Origin: Planctomycetota bacterium
GTDB lineage: Bacteria > Planctomycetota > Phycisphaerae > Phycisphaerales > Phycisphaeraceae
Assembly: GCA_039194345.1 (NCBI GenBank)
Contig: JBCCWB010000085.1
Coordinates: forward strand, 1-15,328
Reading direction: 5' to 3'
Length of the DNA: 15,328 nucleotides
Shown here piece after piece: positions 1 to 8,598 of the stretch (within the stretch, counting starts at the first letter, position 1; every line of letters starts with the position of its first letter). Made by a program: the position numbers and the translations under genes. Below the pieces are notes generated by a model. That model was not told the origin of the DNA, ran no database searches, and saw only the letters and a list, made by a program, of their open reading frames with translations.

Positions 1-51
1 ATCACACGTTTATTTTCTGCTTTGTTGCTTTTTTCGTTTTATGCTTTTCTC

Positions 52-1029
52 ATGCAAGCACTTGTCTTCGACGGTACTCAACCCATCCTCGAACCCCGTC
101 GTGACGAGCCCGTCGCGCCGCCGGGCGAATGCTTGATCCGCCCCACCCGGCTGGGCGTCTGCTCGACCGACCTGGAGATCTGCCGCGGCTACATGGGATT
201 CACGGGCGTGCTCGGCCACGAGTTTGTGGGTGTGGTCGAAGTCGTCGCGGAGAAGAAGGATGCCGACTGGATCGGCAAGCGGGTCGTGGGGAACATCAAC
301 TGCGTCCGCTCGATCTGCGACCTCTGCAAGGCGGGCCTCCGCGACCACGCGCGTGATCGGAGCGTGCTGGGTATCTTCGAACGGGACGGGTGCTTTTCCG
401 ACCTTTTCGCGTTGCCGGTCGAGAACTTGTACGAGGTGCCGGAGAACGTCAGCGATGACCACGCGGTGTTCACCGAACCGCTCGCCGCGGCGTTCCAGAT
501 CTTGCGGCAATTGACAGTCGAAGGTCGACCGTACATCACCGTGCTCGGCGACGGGCGTTTGGGCCTGCTAGTCGCACAGCTTGTGAATCAGCTCAACGCC
601 ACGGTCCGCGTCGTGGGTAAGCACGAAGACAAGCTCGCCCGCTGCGAGAAGTGGGGCATCAAGCATCGGCTGCTAGGTGACGTGGGGCTACGCCAAGACC
701 AGGACATCGTGATCGACTGCACCGGCTCGGCCCGCGGGATCGAGACGGCGATGCAGATGGTCCGCCCGCGCGGCACGATCGTGATGAAGACCACGACCAC
801 CCCGCCCACTCAAGACGAGCCCCACATCGACCTCAGCCCGCTAGTCATCCACGAGATCAACTTGATCGGCTCGCGTTGCGGCCCATTTCCTGATGCACTC
901 GAAGCACTCAGCGCTCAAACGATCGATGTCGATAGCTTGATCAGCAAACGTATGAAGCTCGCCGACGGCGTCGCCGCTCTCATGGCCGCGACGCGCTCTG
1001 ACATAATCAAAATTTTGCTTGAGCCTTAA
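52..1029 (+). CDS. Zinc-dependent alcohol/threonine/sorbitol dehydrogenase family (MDR) oxidoreductase
   Basis: Track ORF 22..1029 begins at TTG. I trimmed it to the first ATG at 52, because MQALVFDG is a typical MDR N-terminus. Catalytic-Zn motifs are present (GVCSTD, GHEFVG), as is the Rossmann motif GDGRLG. The structural-Zn loop looks degenerate: C-x4-C-x2-C with no fourth Cys. Substrate is unknown. Confidence 0.85.
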   Translation: MQALVFDGTQPILEPRRDEPVAPPGECLIRPTRLGVCSTDLEICRGYMGFTGVLGHEFVGVVEVVAEKKDADWIGKRVVGNINCVRSICDLCKAGLRDHARDRSVLGIFERDGCFSDLFALPVENLYEVPENVSDDHAVFTEPLAAAFQILRQLTVEGRPYITVLGDGRLGLLVAQLVNQLNATVRVVGKHEDKLARCEKWGIKHRLLGDVGLRQDQDIVIDCTGSARGIETAMQMVRPRGTIVMKTTTTPPTQDEPHIDLSPLVIHEINLIGSRCGPFPDALEALSAQTIDVDSLISKRMKLADGVAALMAATRSDIIKILLEP

Positions 1030-1067
1030 CGTTTAGCGGGCGATCGCAAATCGCCGTGCCACGCGGC

Positions 1068-1712
1068 TCACTCCACCGTCGCGATCCCGTCGCGGAACTT
1101 CACGCGCCCTTCGCCAAACGCGGCGACCGCCTCAGGGTAGGCCAAGCACTCTTGTTCGAATACCCGTGTCCCTAGCGTTTCCGGGTCGTCGCATGGCAGC
1201 ACCGGGCAGGTCTTCTGTACCAGGATCGGTCCGGTGTCGTAGGTGTTGTCCGCAAAGTGGACGGTACATCCCGAGACCTTGGCTCCAGCTTTGATGACCG
1301 CTTCGTGGACGTGTCGCCCGTGCATGCCCTTACCGCCGAACGCGGGGAGCAGCGAAGGGTGGATGTTCATCACCCGAGCCTCGAAGTCCTCGGGGATCGA
1401 CAGCAGGCTCAGGAAACCCGCCATGCACACCAACTCGCACCCCGCTTCACGGACCCGGTCGAAGATCGCCTGGGAAAACGCAGCGGTGTCGGCATGATCC
1501 TTCCGGCGGATCACCGGGCTAGGCAGTCCCAACCCCTCGGCCCGCTCGATACCTTTGGCGGCGGAGGTGTCGTTGGACGCAATGACCAGTTTGATCTGCG
1601 CGTTAAGCGTCCCCACCTCGATCTGCTGGGCAAGGTTGAGCATCGTCGTGCCGCCGCCGCTGAGCAGGACCGCGATCGGCAGGGGTTGGGAAGCGGAGTC
1701 TTGGCTAGCCAT
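1068..1712 (-). CDS. purN: Phosphoribosylglycinamide formyltransferase
   Basis: Track ORF 1068..1913 trimmed to the ATG at 1712 (MASQDSASQPLPIAVLLSGGGTT), giving 214 aa, the normal PurN size. Family motifs are AVLLSGGG, MNIHPSLLP and SGCTVH. The longer N-terminal extension would run through the gluQ start and has no family-like sequence. Confidence 0.9.
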   Translation of the reverse strand: MASQDSASQPLPIAVLLSGGGTTMLNLAQQIEVGTLNAQIKLVIASNDTSAAKGIERAEGLGLPSPVIRRKDHADTAAFSQAIFDRVREAGCELVCMAGFLSLLSIPEDFEARVMNIHPSLLPAFGGKGMHGRHVHEAVIKAGAKVSGCTVHFADNTYDTGPILVQKTCPVLPCDDPETLGTRVFEQECLAYPEAVAAFGEGRVKFRDGIATVE

Positions 1713-1729
1713 CGGGGTAACATACCCCG
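1713..1729. promoter_or_regulatory. Perfect 7+3+7 inverted repeat CGGGGTA-aca-TACCCCG between the divergent purN and gluQ start codons
   Basis: Read directly from the sequence: CAT(1710-1712) CGGGGTAACATACCCCG CG ATG(1732-1734). The repeat fills 17 of the 19 intergenic bases. Whether it acts as an operator or a 5'-UTR hairpin is inferred from position only. Confidence 0.3.
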
Positions 1730-1731
1730 CG

Positions 1732-2685
1732 ATGACCGACCGCGTCACCCGACTAGCCCCCTCGCCCACCGGAGCCCTGCATCTGGGCAACATGCGCACG
1801 TTTCTTATTAACTGGGCGGCCGCGCGGCAGAACGGCTGGACCATCGTGATGCGCATCGAGGACCTCGACGGCCCACGCGTCAAGCCCGAGGCCTCACAGC
1901 AGGCCATCGACATCCTGGGATGGCTGGGTATGGACTGGGATGGCGAGGCGATTTACCAGTCACACGGCCTCTCGCCATATCAAGATGCGTTGGATGCGCT
2001 AAGCCGCAAGCGACTGACTTACCGCTGTCCCGCGACCCGTAGCGAGATCCTCGCCGCGGCCTCCGCTCCCCACGCAGACGACCATGAGCAGCGTTACCCG
2101 GGCTTGTATCGCCCCGCGAACCGCCCTGCCGATGCGCCACCTATCCAGGACGATGCAAACACCGCGATCCGGGTGATCGTGCCCGACGGCGAGATCGCGT
2201 TCACCGATGAACTGCTCGGCACCCAAGCCGTGGACGTCCAGCAACAAGTCGGTGACTTCATCGTGCAGACCAAAGCGGGCCTGCCGTCTTACCAACTCGC
2301 GGTGGTGGTCGACGACGCCAGGCAGGGCGTGACCGAAGTCGTCCGCGGGGACGACCTCCTGCGTTCAACCGCCCGCCAAGTATTCCTGCAAGACGCGCTC
2401 GGTCTCTCTCCCCGGCCCCGCTACTACCACGTGCCCCTGGTCCTCGGCGAAGACGGCCACCGCCTGGCCAAACGCCACGGCGATACACGAACCGCGATGT
2501 ACCGCGAGCATGGTGTCCGCTCCGAGCGCATCGTCGGCTTACTTGCATGGTGGTGCGGGCTGACCGACACCCGCGAAGAGGTTTCTACCGGTGAGTTTCT
2601 AGAGGCGTTCGACTGGACCAAGCTCTCTACTGATCCCATTACCTTCACTCCGGAGGACCACCAATGGCTGATGCAAAACACCTGA
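1732..2685 (+). CDS. gluQ: tRNA glutamyl-Q(34) synthetase (GluQRS, truncated GluRS paralogue)
   Basis: Track ORF 1555..2685 trimmed to the ATG at 1732 (MTDRVTRLAPSPTGALHLGN, the class-I HIGH region). At 317 aa it is GluRS catalytic-domain only, with no anticodon-binding domain. RIEDLD and VVDD motifs are present, and LAKRHG occupies the KMSKS position. An unusually short GluRS-like enzyme cannot be fully excluded by eye. Confidence 0.8.
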   Translation: MTDRVTRLAPSPTGALHLGNMRTFLINWAAARQNGWTIVMRIEDLDGPRVKPEASQQAIDILGWLGMDWDGEAIYQSHGLSPYQDALDALSRKRLTYRCPATRSEILAAASAPHADDHEQRYPGLYRPANRPADAPPIQDDANTAIRVIVPDGEIAFTDELLGTQAVDVQQQVGDFIVQTKAGLPSYQLAVVVDDARQGVTEVVRGDDLLRSTARQVFLQDALGLSPRPRYYHVPLVLGEDGHRLAKRHGDTRTAMYREHGVRSERIVGLLAWWCGLTDTREEVSTGEFLEAFDWTKLSTDPITFTPEDHQWLMQNT

Positions 2686-3176
2686 TCCCTTCCCGCTTCG
2701 CCCTTCTCCCGACGACAGTTGCGCTAATCCTGTTCGCACTGACACTCGGCGGTTGCGCCAACGATGCGGCCAGCGGCGGCACGCAACGGGTCGAGATCAA
2801 GGGCGAGGTGTTTACGCTCGAGCTGGCGATGGACCGCGCAAGTCGATTTCAAGGCCTTAGCGACAGAGATTTCATCGCCCCGGATGGCGGAATGTTGTTT
2901 GTGTTTCCCTACGAGGCCGACCGGGCGTTTGTCATGCGGCGGTGCCTGGTGCCGATCGACATCATGTACCTCGACCCCAAGGGTGTCGTGTTGAACACTC
3001 ATGCCATGCAGATCGAGCCGCCCGGCACCCGCGAAGAAGACCTCAAGCCTTATCGCAGCGAAGGAAAGTCCGCCCTGGTTATCGAGCTGGCGGGCGGCAC
3101 GGTGGAGCGTTTAGGCGTGAAGAAAGGCGATCAGATCGATCTGCCGATCGTGGAGCTTAAGCGCCGGGCTCAGTAA
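2664..3176 (+). CDS. DUF192 (COG1430) family lipoprotein
   Basis: The N-terminal hydrophobic segment ends in the lipobox-like LTLGGC. The core matches the DUF192 pattern (RFQGLSDRD, GMLFVF, VMRRCLVPIDIMYLD, ALVIELAGG, GVKKGDQI). It overlaps the gluQ 3' end by 22 nt, which suggests co-transcription. Confidence 0.75.
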   Translation: MADAKHLIPSRFALLPTTVALILFALTLGGCANDAASGGTQRVEIKGEVFTLELAMDRASRFQGLSDRDFIAPDGGMLFVFPYEADRAFVMRRCLVPIDIMYLDPKGVVLNTHAMQIEPPGTREEDLKPYRSEGKSALVIELAGGTVERLGVKKGDQIDLPIVELKRRAQ

Positions 3177-3227
3177 GTCGATGTTTCTTGGGAAGACTCG
3201 TTCCTTTTTCTCGGGAAAAGCCTGGGC

Positions 3228-4508
3228 ATGCTCGGATCAACCTTACTGGTCGTGGCGGATACGGAAGATGGCAGAACCCGAGGACGGGCCGCGGCCGAGG
3301 CTCTGCTTGAAACTTTTGAAGATAACAACCGCCCAACAATCGAAGCGGTTTCCGTTTCCTCGTTGGCTTCGGGCGAGGTGGAATTGACCGGGCGGATCTT
3401 GGCGTGGGTTTGGCTTGAGGGAGAAGATGCCGACTCCCACGAGTTTTCGCTGTGCTCAGAATTTCAAGACAAACACATTCCGGTGATGGTCTCGCGTTCA
3501 GACATGAGCGAGCCGCTGGGGGCCGCGCTGGATAACGGTGTCTTGGCCTGTCCCATGGACAGCCCCACGCCGCAGATCAAGTTGGTCGTGACCGGCCTAA
3601 GTGCCCAGATGCCTTCGGTGCACGCCTTGTCACTCGAAGCGCGGATGTTGCAAGCACAAAGCAAAGGCATGGCGGGCCAATTCGATAAGATCGACGAAGA
3701 GCTGCGGATGGCGGTGAAGATCCAGCGTGAATTCCTACCAAAACAGCTTCCAGACCTAGAAGGCGTGGGGTTCGATGTGATGTGGCGTCCCGCGTCGTAC
3801 GTCAGCGGGGATATCTACGATGTGGAGCGTTTGGACGAGCACCACGTGGGCGTGTTTATCGCGGACGCGGTGGGGCACGGCGTTCCCGCGGCGCTGGTTT
3901 CCATCTTCATCAAGCAGTCGATCCAGACCCGTCAGATCACGCCGGGCATCGGTCCGGGATACCGCATTTTACCGCCGGGCGAAGCGCTTTCGACGCTGAA
4001 CAAAGCCATGATCGAACTCGACGCGGGCAGCGCTAGCCTCGGCACCGCGGCCTACGGCGTGATCGACACCCGCACTCAACGCCTAACCATCGCCCGGGCG
4101 GGCCATCCCGCTCCGCTGCTGTTGCGTGGCGACGGACAGACCCAGTGGCTCGAACCAGACGGTGCGATGCTGGGGATTTTCGAGGAAGAAGTATTCGAGG
4201 AACTGGTCATCGACCTCGAAGACAACGATCGCTTTCTGCTGTATTCGGATGGCTTCGAGGTAGCCTTCCCCGGCCGCGGTGATAAGGGACGACTGGCCAA
4301 CGAGCATTACACCAAAGAATTCGAGGGCCTCCGCAAAGGCAGCGGCCAACAAGCGCTGGATTTCCTGCAAGGCCGACTCGATCTGCAATCCGGCTCGCTG
4401 AACCAACGCGACGATTTGACGGTGATATGTAGTACCGTAACCGCCAAGGCCGACGTTCTTCAGCAACGCGAAGCGGTTGATGCCGTCGACGCCCGTTCGG
4501 TGGCGTAA
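3228..4508 (+). CDS. PP2C-family (SpoIIE/RsbU-type) serine phosphatase with receiver-like N-terminal domain
   Basis: The C-terminal about 250 aa match the SpoIIE pattern: IQREFLP, SGDIYDV, VFIADAVGHGVPAAL, ARAGHP, LLYSDG and DDLTVI. The N-terminal about 125 aa have a CheY-like beta/alpha rhythm (TLLVVAD, IPVMVS), but the acceptor Asp and conserved Lys positions are not evident. Confidence 0.85.
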   Translation: MLGSTLLVVADTEDGRTRGRAAAEALLETFEDNNRPTIEAVSVSSLASGEVELTGRILAWVWLEGEDADSHEFSLCSEFQDKHIPVMVSRSDMSEPLGAALDNGVLACPMDSPTPQIKLVVTGLSAQMPSVHALSLEARMLQAQSKGMAGQFDKIDEELRMAVKIQREFLPKQLPDLEGVGFDVMWRPASYVSGDIYDVERLDEHHVGVFIADAVGHGVPAALVSIFIKQSIQTRQITPGIGPGYRILPPGEALSTLNKAMIELDAGSASLGTAAYGVIDTRTQRLTIARAGHPAPLLLRGDGQTQWLEPDGAMLGIFEEEVFEELVIDLEDNDRFLLYSDGFEVAFPGRGDKGRLANEHYTKEFEGLRKGSGQQALDFLQGRLDLQSGSLNQRDDLTVICSTVTAKADVLQQREAVDAVDARSVA

Positions 4509-4679
4509 TCACGTGACCCTTCGTTGCTCTTGCACACAGGCGCTACCATAGCTAAACCTCACAATTTTGTAACAACGCTCAACTCGGGTAGGGATTTATC
4601 CGATGGATATCTGGGGATTTCTTTTTTCAGGGCGTGGGTTTCATTTCTGCGTGTGCCGCCCGACGAGTGAGCTTGCATT

Positions 4680-5963
4680 ATGATTTCAGGTGAGAGTGGG
4701 AAAGTCATCCCGAAGACATCCGAATCGGCCGGGGAACCAACTGATGTGATCCGGCAGATCGAGAATATTGCACACCTTGCGTCGCAGATCACCAACGACA
4801 GCGAATGCGTCGCCACGGCGTCGCTGCAACAGTACAAGCAGCTCAGGATCCTCGAGCAGGTCATCGACGGCTTGGCGGTACACACCGATAACGACGAACT
4901 TCTCGCCGACGCGATGGAGCAGGTGGCGATGATGACCGGCAGCAGCGAAGTTTGGGTCGTTGAGGCCAGAGAAAACAGCGCGCTGGGTATGGTGCATATG
5001 CTCGGCGAGGTGGTGATCGGCGAATCGCACCTGCCCCTCGAAATCGCGGCACTCTGCGAAAGCGTTTTTTACCAGCAGCCCCACCCGAATCGGCTGCGAA
5101 TTACGTTATCTGACGGAAAGACCGCCACCGCGATGCCCATCCTGATGCGTCAGCGGTTTTTCGGCTGCCTGGTCTTCACCACGTCCGGAGCTTCGCCGAT
5201 CAACGATGAGCTGCGCGACCGGCTGCTGCAATCGATCTTGCGTTACGTGGCCATCTCGGTAGAAAACCGCCATTTCATTGAGTCTTTGAACGAAATGATC
5301 GTCGAGGTCGTTTGCGGATTCTCCTTGGCGATCGAATCGCGTGATTCGTACACGGGCGGTCATGTGCAACGCGTCACCGCATACGCTGTGGCCCTGGCTC
5401 AAGCCATCGGCCTCACCGAGGAAGAGCAATCGATCGTTCGGCTTGGCGGGTTGCTGCATGACATCGGCAAGGTCGCGATCCCCGACCACATCCTCAACAA
5501 AGCCGACAAACTCACCCACGACGAGTACGACCTGATCAAGGTCCATCCCGTGGTCGGCCACGACATCCTGAAGCGCATCCCGCACTTGGGCCGTGCCAAC
5601 AAAATCGTCCGCCACCACCACGAACGCTGGGACGGCCAGGGGTATCCCGACAAGCTCGCGGGGGAAGAAATCCCCCTGCTTTCACGCGTGTTGGCCATCG
5701 CGGATTCCTACGACGCGATGACCAGCGACCGGTCGTACCGCAAGACCAAAACGCACGAAGAAGCGATGGAAGAAATCCGTCGTTGCGCGGGAAGTCAGTT
5801 TGACCCCGTGATGTCGAAGACCTTCCTTGAGTTCAGCGAGGCGGCTCTGAACAAAGCCGGGGACATCATGCACGCGTGGATCCAGTCTACGGATCACAGC
5901 AACGCACTGTCGATCGATCAGTTGATTGGTATGAAGAAACCGCAGCTACCCCAGGTGATCTGA
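4680..5963 (+). CDS. GAF domain / HD-GYP domain cyclic-di-GMP phosphodiesterase-type protein
   Basis: Canonical HD-GYP signature: GGHVQRV, LLHDIGK, HHERWDGQGYP, and IADSYDAMTSDRSYR. The preceding about 150 aa resemble a GAF sensor fold (weaker call). ATG at 4680. Confidence 0.85.
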   Translation: MISGESGKVIPKTSESAGEPTDVIRQIENIAHLASQITNDSECVATASLQQYKQLRILEQVIDGLAVHTDNDELLADAMEQVAMMTGSSEVWVVEARENSALGMVHMLGEVVIGESHLPLEIAALCESVFYQQPHPNRLRITLSDGKTATAMPILMRQRFFGCLVFTTSGASPINDELRDRLLQSILRYVAISVENRHFIESLNEMIVEVVCGFSLAIESRDSYTGGHVQRVTAYAVALAQAIGLTEEEQSIVRLGGLLHDIGKVAIPDHILNKADKLTHDEYDLIKVHPVVGHDILKRIPHLGRANKIVRHHHERWDGQGYPDKLAGEEIPLLSRVLAIADSYDAMTSDRSYRKTKTHEEAMEEIRRCAGSQFDPVMSKTFLEFSEAALNKAGDIMHAWIQSTDHSNALSIDQLIGMKKPQLPQVI

Positions 5964-5981
5964 ACTTCAGCTAACGAAGTT
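5963..5981 (+). terminator. Weak candidate intrinsic terminator after the HD-GYP gene
   Basis: AACTTC(5963-5968)-7 nt loop-GAAGTT(5976-5981), followed by the T-rich TCTTATTGATATTT. The stem is only 6 bp and AT-rich, so support is weak. It lies in the 30-bp convergent gap with ribE. Confidence 0.2.
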
Positions 5982-5993
5982 TCTTATTGATAT

Positions 5994-6665
5994 TTAATTC
6001 GTGAAACCAGCTTCACGCAGCGTGTCCATGGTGACTTCGTCGCTGGGTTTCGCTGGTGGTGCTGCGCCAATCCGCTCCATCGCATGGATGACCGTTTTGC
6101 TGAGGATATCAGCCTCGAGATTCACCCGGGTGCCCTCCCGCTGAACGCCCAGGGTGGTACGACTGAGCGTCTCGGGGATCAGGGCCACATCAAACGTTTC
6201 AGAGGTGACCGAGGCTATGGTCAGGCTAACGCCGTCGATCGCAACCGAGCCCTTATGCACGATGTATCTCATCATCTCTGCGGGCGGACGCACGGTGGTC
6301 CGCCACTCCTCGGGGGTGTCCTGCACCTGTACGATCTCGCCTACACCATCGACGTGCCCCTGCATGAAGTGCCCGCCCAGCGGCTGGCTGGGGGTGACGG
6401 CCGGTTCGAGGTTGACCGAATCGCCCTCGGCTAGGTCGCCGAGCTTGGTTAATTTCAGGGTCTCGGCGATGACGTCGAAGCCCAGCGTCTCGTCGGTGAT
6501 GTCGATCGCAGTCAGGCAAACCCCCGAGACGCATATGGAGTCGCCCTGAGCCACGGGGGTGGTGTCGGGGGTGAGCCCGCCGCGGTCGATGGTGAGCCGG
6601 GCCCCGAAATCATTGGGGGCGAGCGTGCGGATGAGGCCTTGGGTTTGGACGATGCCGGTGAACAT
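5994..6665 (-). CDS. ribE: Riboflavin synthase (alpha chain)
   Basis: Track ORF 5994..6842 trimmed to the ATG at 6665 (MFTGIVQTQG, the hallmark N-terminus), giving 223 aa. The internal duplicated lumazine-binding repeat is present (second repeat GHFMQGHVDGVG), along with SICVSGVCLT and SVAIDGVSLT. Confidence 0.9.
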   Translation of the reverse strand: MFTGIVQTQGLIRTLAPNDFGARLTIDRGGLTPDTTPVAQGDSICVSGVCLTAIDITDETLGFDVIAETLKLTKLGDLAEGDSVNLEPAVTPSQPLGGHFMQGHVDGVGEIVQVQDTPEEWRTTVRPPAEMMRYIVHKGSVAIDGVSLTIASVTSETFDVALIPETLSRTTLGVQREGTRVNLEADILSKTVIHAMERIGAAPPAKPSDEVTMDTLREAGFTN

Positions 6666-6759
6666 GGAAGACAGTTTAGGTATCATCCTCGATCCCCGCC
6701 CGAGCGACGCCTTGTGATCGCCCGGGTGTGTTTTGAATCCCACGACCGATCGACCCACC

Positions 6760-8547
6760 ATGAAATACCGAACCCACACCTGCGGCGAGCTCCGCGAGAC
6801 CCACCTGGACCAGACCGTCACCCTCTCGGGCTGGGTCAACAACTACCGCGACCACGGCGGCGTGCGGTTCATCGACCTCCGCGACCGCGAGGGCATCACC
6901 CAGATCGTTTTCCACCCCGAGGCCGCCAACGCCCACGCCGTGGCTCAAAAGCTGCGTCGCGAGGACGTGATCACCATCACCGGCAAGTGCATCGTCCGCG
7001 AGGGCGGCGAAAACCCCAAGCTCGCCACCGGCAAGATCGAGGTCGACGCCACCGAGGCGATCGTGCTCAACGACGCCGAAAACCCGCCCTTCATCCCCGA
7101 CGAGGCCGAGAAGGTCGGCGAAGAGACCCGGCTGCGCTACCGCTACGTCGACCTGCGCCGCCCCGCGATGCAGCACATCCTCAAGACCCGCCACCGCGTG
7201 ACCAAAATCACCCGCGACTACTTCGACGAGCAGGGCTTCTACGAAGTCGAGACCCCGTTCCTCTGCCGCAGCACGCCTGAGGGCGCCCGCGACTTCCTCG
7301 TTCCGTCGCGTCTGCAAGAAGGCGAGTTCTACGCCCTGCCGCAGAGCCCGCAGCTCTTCAAGCAGATCCTGATGGTCGGCGGCATCGAGAAGTACATCCA
7401 GATCGCCCGCTGCTTCCGCGACGAAGACCCCCGTGCCGACCGCCAGGCCGAGTTCACCCAGGTCGACATGGAGATGGCGTTCGTCGAGCAGGAAGACGTG
7501 ATGAGCGTCAACGAGGGGCTGATGCGTCGCATCTGGAAAGATGTACTCGACATCGACATCCCGAGCCCGATCAAGCGGATGACGTATGCCGACGCAATGA
7601 ACGACTACGGCAGCGACCGACCCGACCTGCGTTTCGATATGAAGCTGATCGATGTGTCGGACCTCGCCACGCAGACCGAATTCAAAGTGTTCAGCGGCGC
7701 GGTTGAAAAAGGCGGCATCGTCAAAGCGATCCGCGTGCCCGGCGGCGCGAAGATGACCCGCAAGGAAACCGACGCCCTGGCCGAGTGGGTCAAGCAGTTC
7801 GGCGCGGGCGGCCTGCCGATTTGCAAGGTCGAGGGCGGCACGATCGCCACCGGCGTCGCCAAGTTCCTGATGCCCATCGCCGAGCCGCTGGTTGAGCGCA
7901 TGGGTGCTGAGGACGGCGACCTGATCTGCTTCGGCGTCGACCCCAAACCCGCCACGGTCCACCGCGTTCTCGGCGAGCTCCGCGTCAAACTCGCTCACGA
8001 CCTCGAGATGATCGATCCCAAGCAGGCCGAATGGCTGTGGGTCGTCGACTTCCCGATGGTCGAGTGGAGCGAGGACAAGAAGCGCTGGGACAGCCTGCAC
8101 CACCCCTTCACCGCCCCCAATGACGAAGACCTCGACAAGCTCGACTCGGACGACCACGACACCATCGCCTCGATCAAGTCCAAGGCCTACGACCTGGTGC
8201 TCAACGGCAGCGAGATGGGCGGCGGCTCGATCCGTATCCACCGGCCCGATGTGCAGTCGAAAGTCTTCAAGCTCCTGGGCATCGACGAAGAAGAAGCCAA
8301 GGCCAAGTTCGGCTTCCTGCTCGACGCGCTGAACTACGGCGCTCCGCCGCACGGCGGCCTCGCCTTCGGCCTCGACCGAACAGTCATGCAACTGGTCGGC
8401 ACGTCCAACATCCGCGACGTCATCGCCTTCCCCAAGACCCAGAACGGTGCTGACCTGATGACCGAAGCGCCCTCGCCGGTTGACGACGAGCAGCTGAAAG
8501 AATTGAATCTACGTATCCAGCTTCCCGTTAAGGCACCCACGGCGTAA
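6760..8547 (+). CDS. aspS: Aspartate--tRNA ligase (class IIb)
   Basis: Track ORF 6733..8547 starts at TTG. The ATG at 6760 gives MKYRTHTCGELR, a typical bacterial AspRS N-terminus, and 595 aa. Class-II motifs are present: FYALPQSPQLFKQ, RCFRDED, GGGSIR, and GLAFGLDR. I cannot judge by eye whether it is discriminating or non-discriminating. Confidence 0.95.
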   Translation: MKYRTHTCGELRETHLDQTVTLSGWVNNYRDHGGVRFIDLRDREGITQIVFHPEAANAHAVAQKLRREDVITITGKCIVREGGENPKLATGKIEVDATEAIVLNDAENPPFIPDEAEKVGEETRLRYRYVDLRRPAMQHILKTRHRVTKITRDYFDEQGFYEVETPFLCRSTPEGARDFLVPSRLQEGEFYALPQSPQLFKQILMVGGIEKYIQIARCFRDEDPRADRQAEFTQVDMEMAFVEQEDVMSVNEGLMRRIWKDVLDIDIPSPIKRMTYADAMNDYGSDRPDLRFDMKLIDVSDLATQTEFKVFSGAVEKGGIVKAIRVPGGAKMTRKETDALAEWVKQFGAGGLPICKVEGGTIATGVAKFLMPIAEPLVERMGAEDGDLICFGVDPKPATVHRVLGELRVKLAHDLEMIDPKQAEWLWVVDFPMVEWSEDKKRWDSLHHPFTAPNDEDLDKLDSDDHDTIASIKSKAYDLVLNGSEMGGGSIRIHRPDVQSKVFKLLGIDEEEAKAKFGFLLDALNYGAPPHGGLAFGLDRTVMQLVGTSNIRDVIAFPKTQNGADLMTEAPSPVDDEQLKELNLRIQLPVKAPTA

Positions 8548-8598
8548 ACTCTCGCTTAGCTCAAAGGCCGTGCTCACGGACGACGACAGGCCTCTCTC

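Noticed and set aside
1039-1055. Small hairpins in gaps: GGCGAT-cgcaa-ATCGCC (1039-1055), AGCAGC-ttt-GCTGCT (11604-11618), CCGTG-ct-CACGG (8568-8579), and GGAA/TTCC plus a T-run (3191-3209)
   Set aside because: Stems are only 4-6 bp, mostly without a following U-tract, and one loop is too small. They are not distinguishable from chance and are not annotated as terminators.
1555-1913. Long N-terminal extensions in the ORF track for gluQ (from 1555) and purN (to 1913). The same applies to ribE (to 6842), aspS (from 6733) and the hydrolase (from 11515).
   Set aside because: The extensions overlap the neighbouring gene, contain no family-like sequence and start well upstream of the conserved N-termini. 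Internal ATGs at 1732, 1712, 6665, 6760 and 11671 give canonical protein lengths and N-terminal motifs.
4530-4558. Sigma70-like TTGCAC-17 nt-TAAACC upstream of the HD-GYP gene
   Set aside because: The -10 matches the consensus at only 3 of 6 positions, and there is no supporting conservation, so it stays speculative.
4559-4885. 108-aa minus-strand ORF spanning the PP2C/HD-GYP intergenic region
   Set aside because: About two-thirds of it is antisense to the well-supported HD-GYP gene 5' end. It has no recognisable motif, is Cys/Ser-rich with odd composition, and has no plausible upstream signal.
6666-6759. Possible FMN riboswitch or strong divergent promoters between ribE and aspS
   Set aside because: The 94-bp spacer is too short for an FMN aptamer and shows none of its conserved helices by eye. 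Only poor -35/-10 matches are present (TTGTGA-15 nt-TTGAAT; TAAACT near the ribE start), which is too weak to annotate.
6676-8391. 571-aa ORF on the minus strand, the second-longest reading frame in the window after aspS itself
   Set aside because: It lies entirely antisense to aspS, which has unambiguous class-II synthetase motifs. Its translation is low-complexity and rich in A/G/V/D/R/H with no recognisable motif. Long stop-free antisense frames are a known artefact of high-GC3 codon usage.
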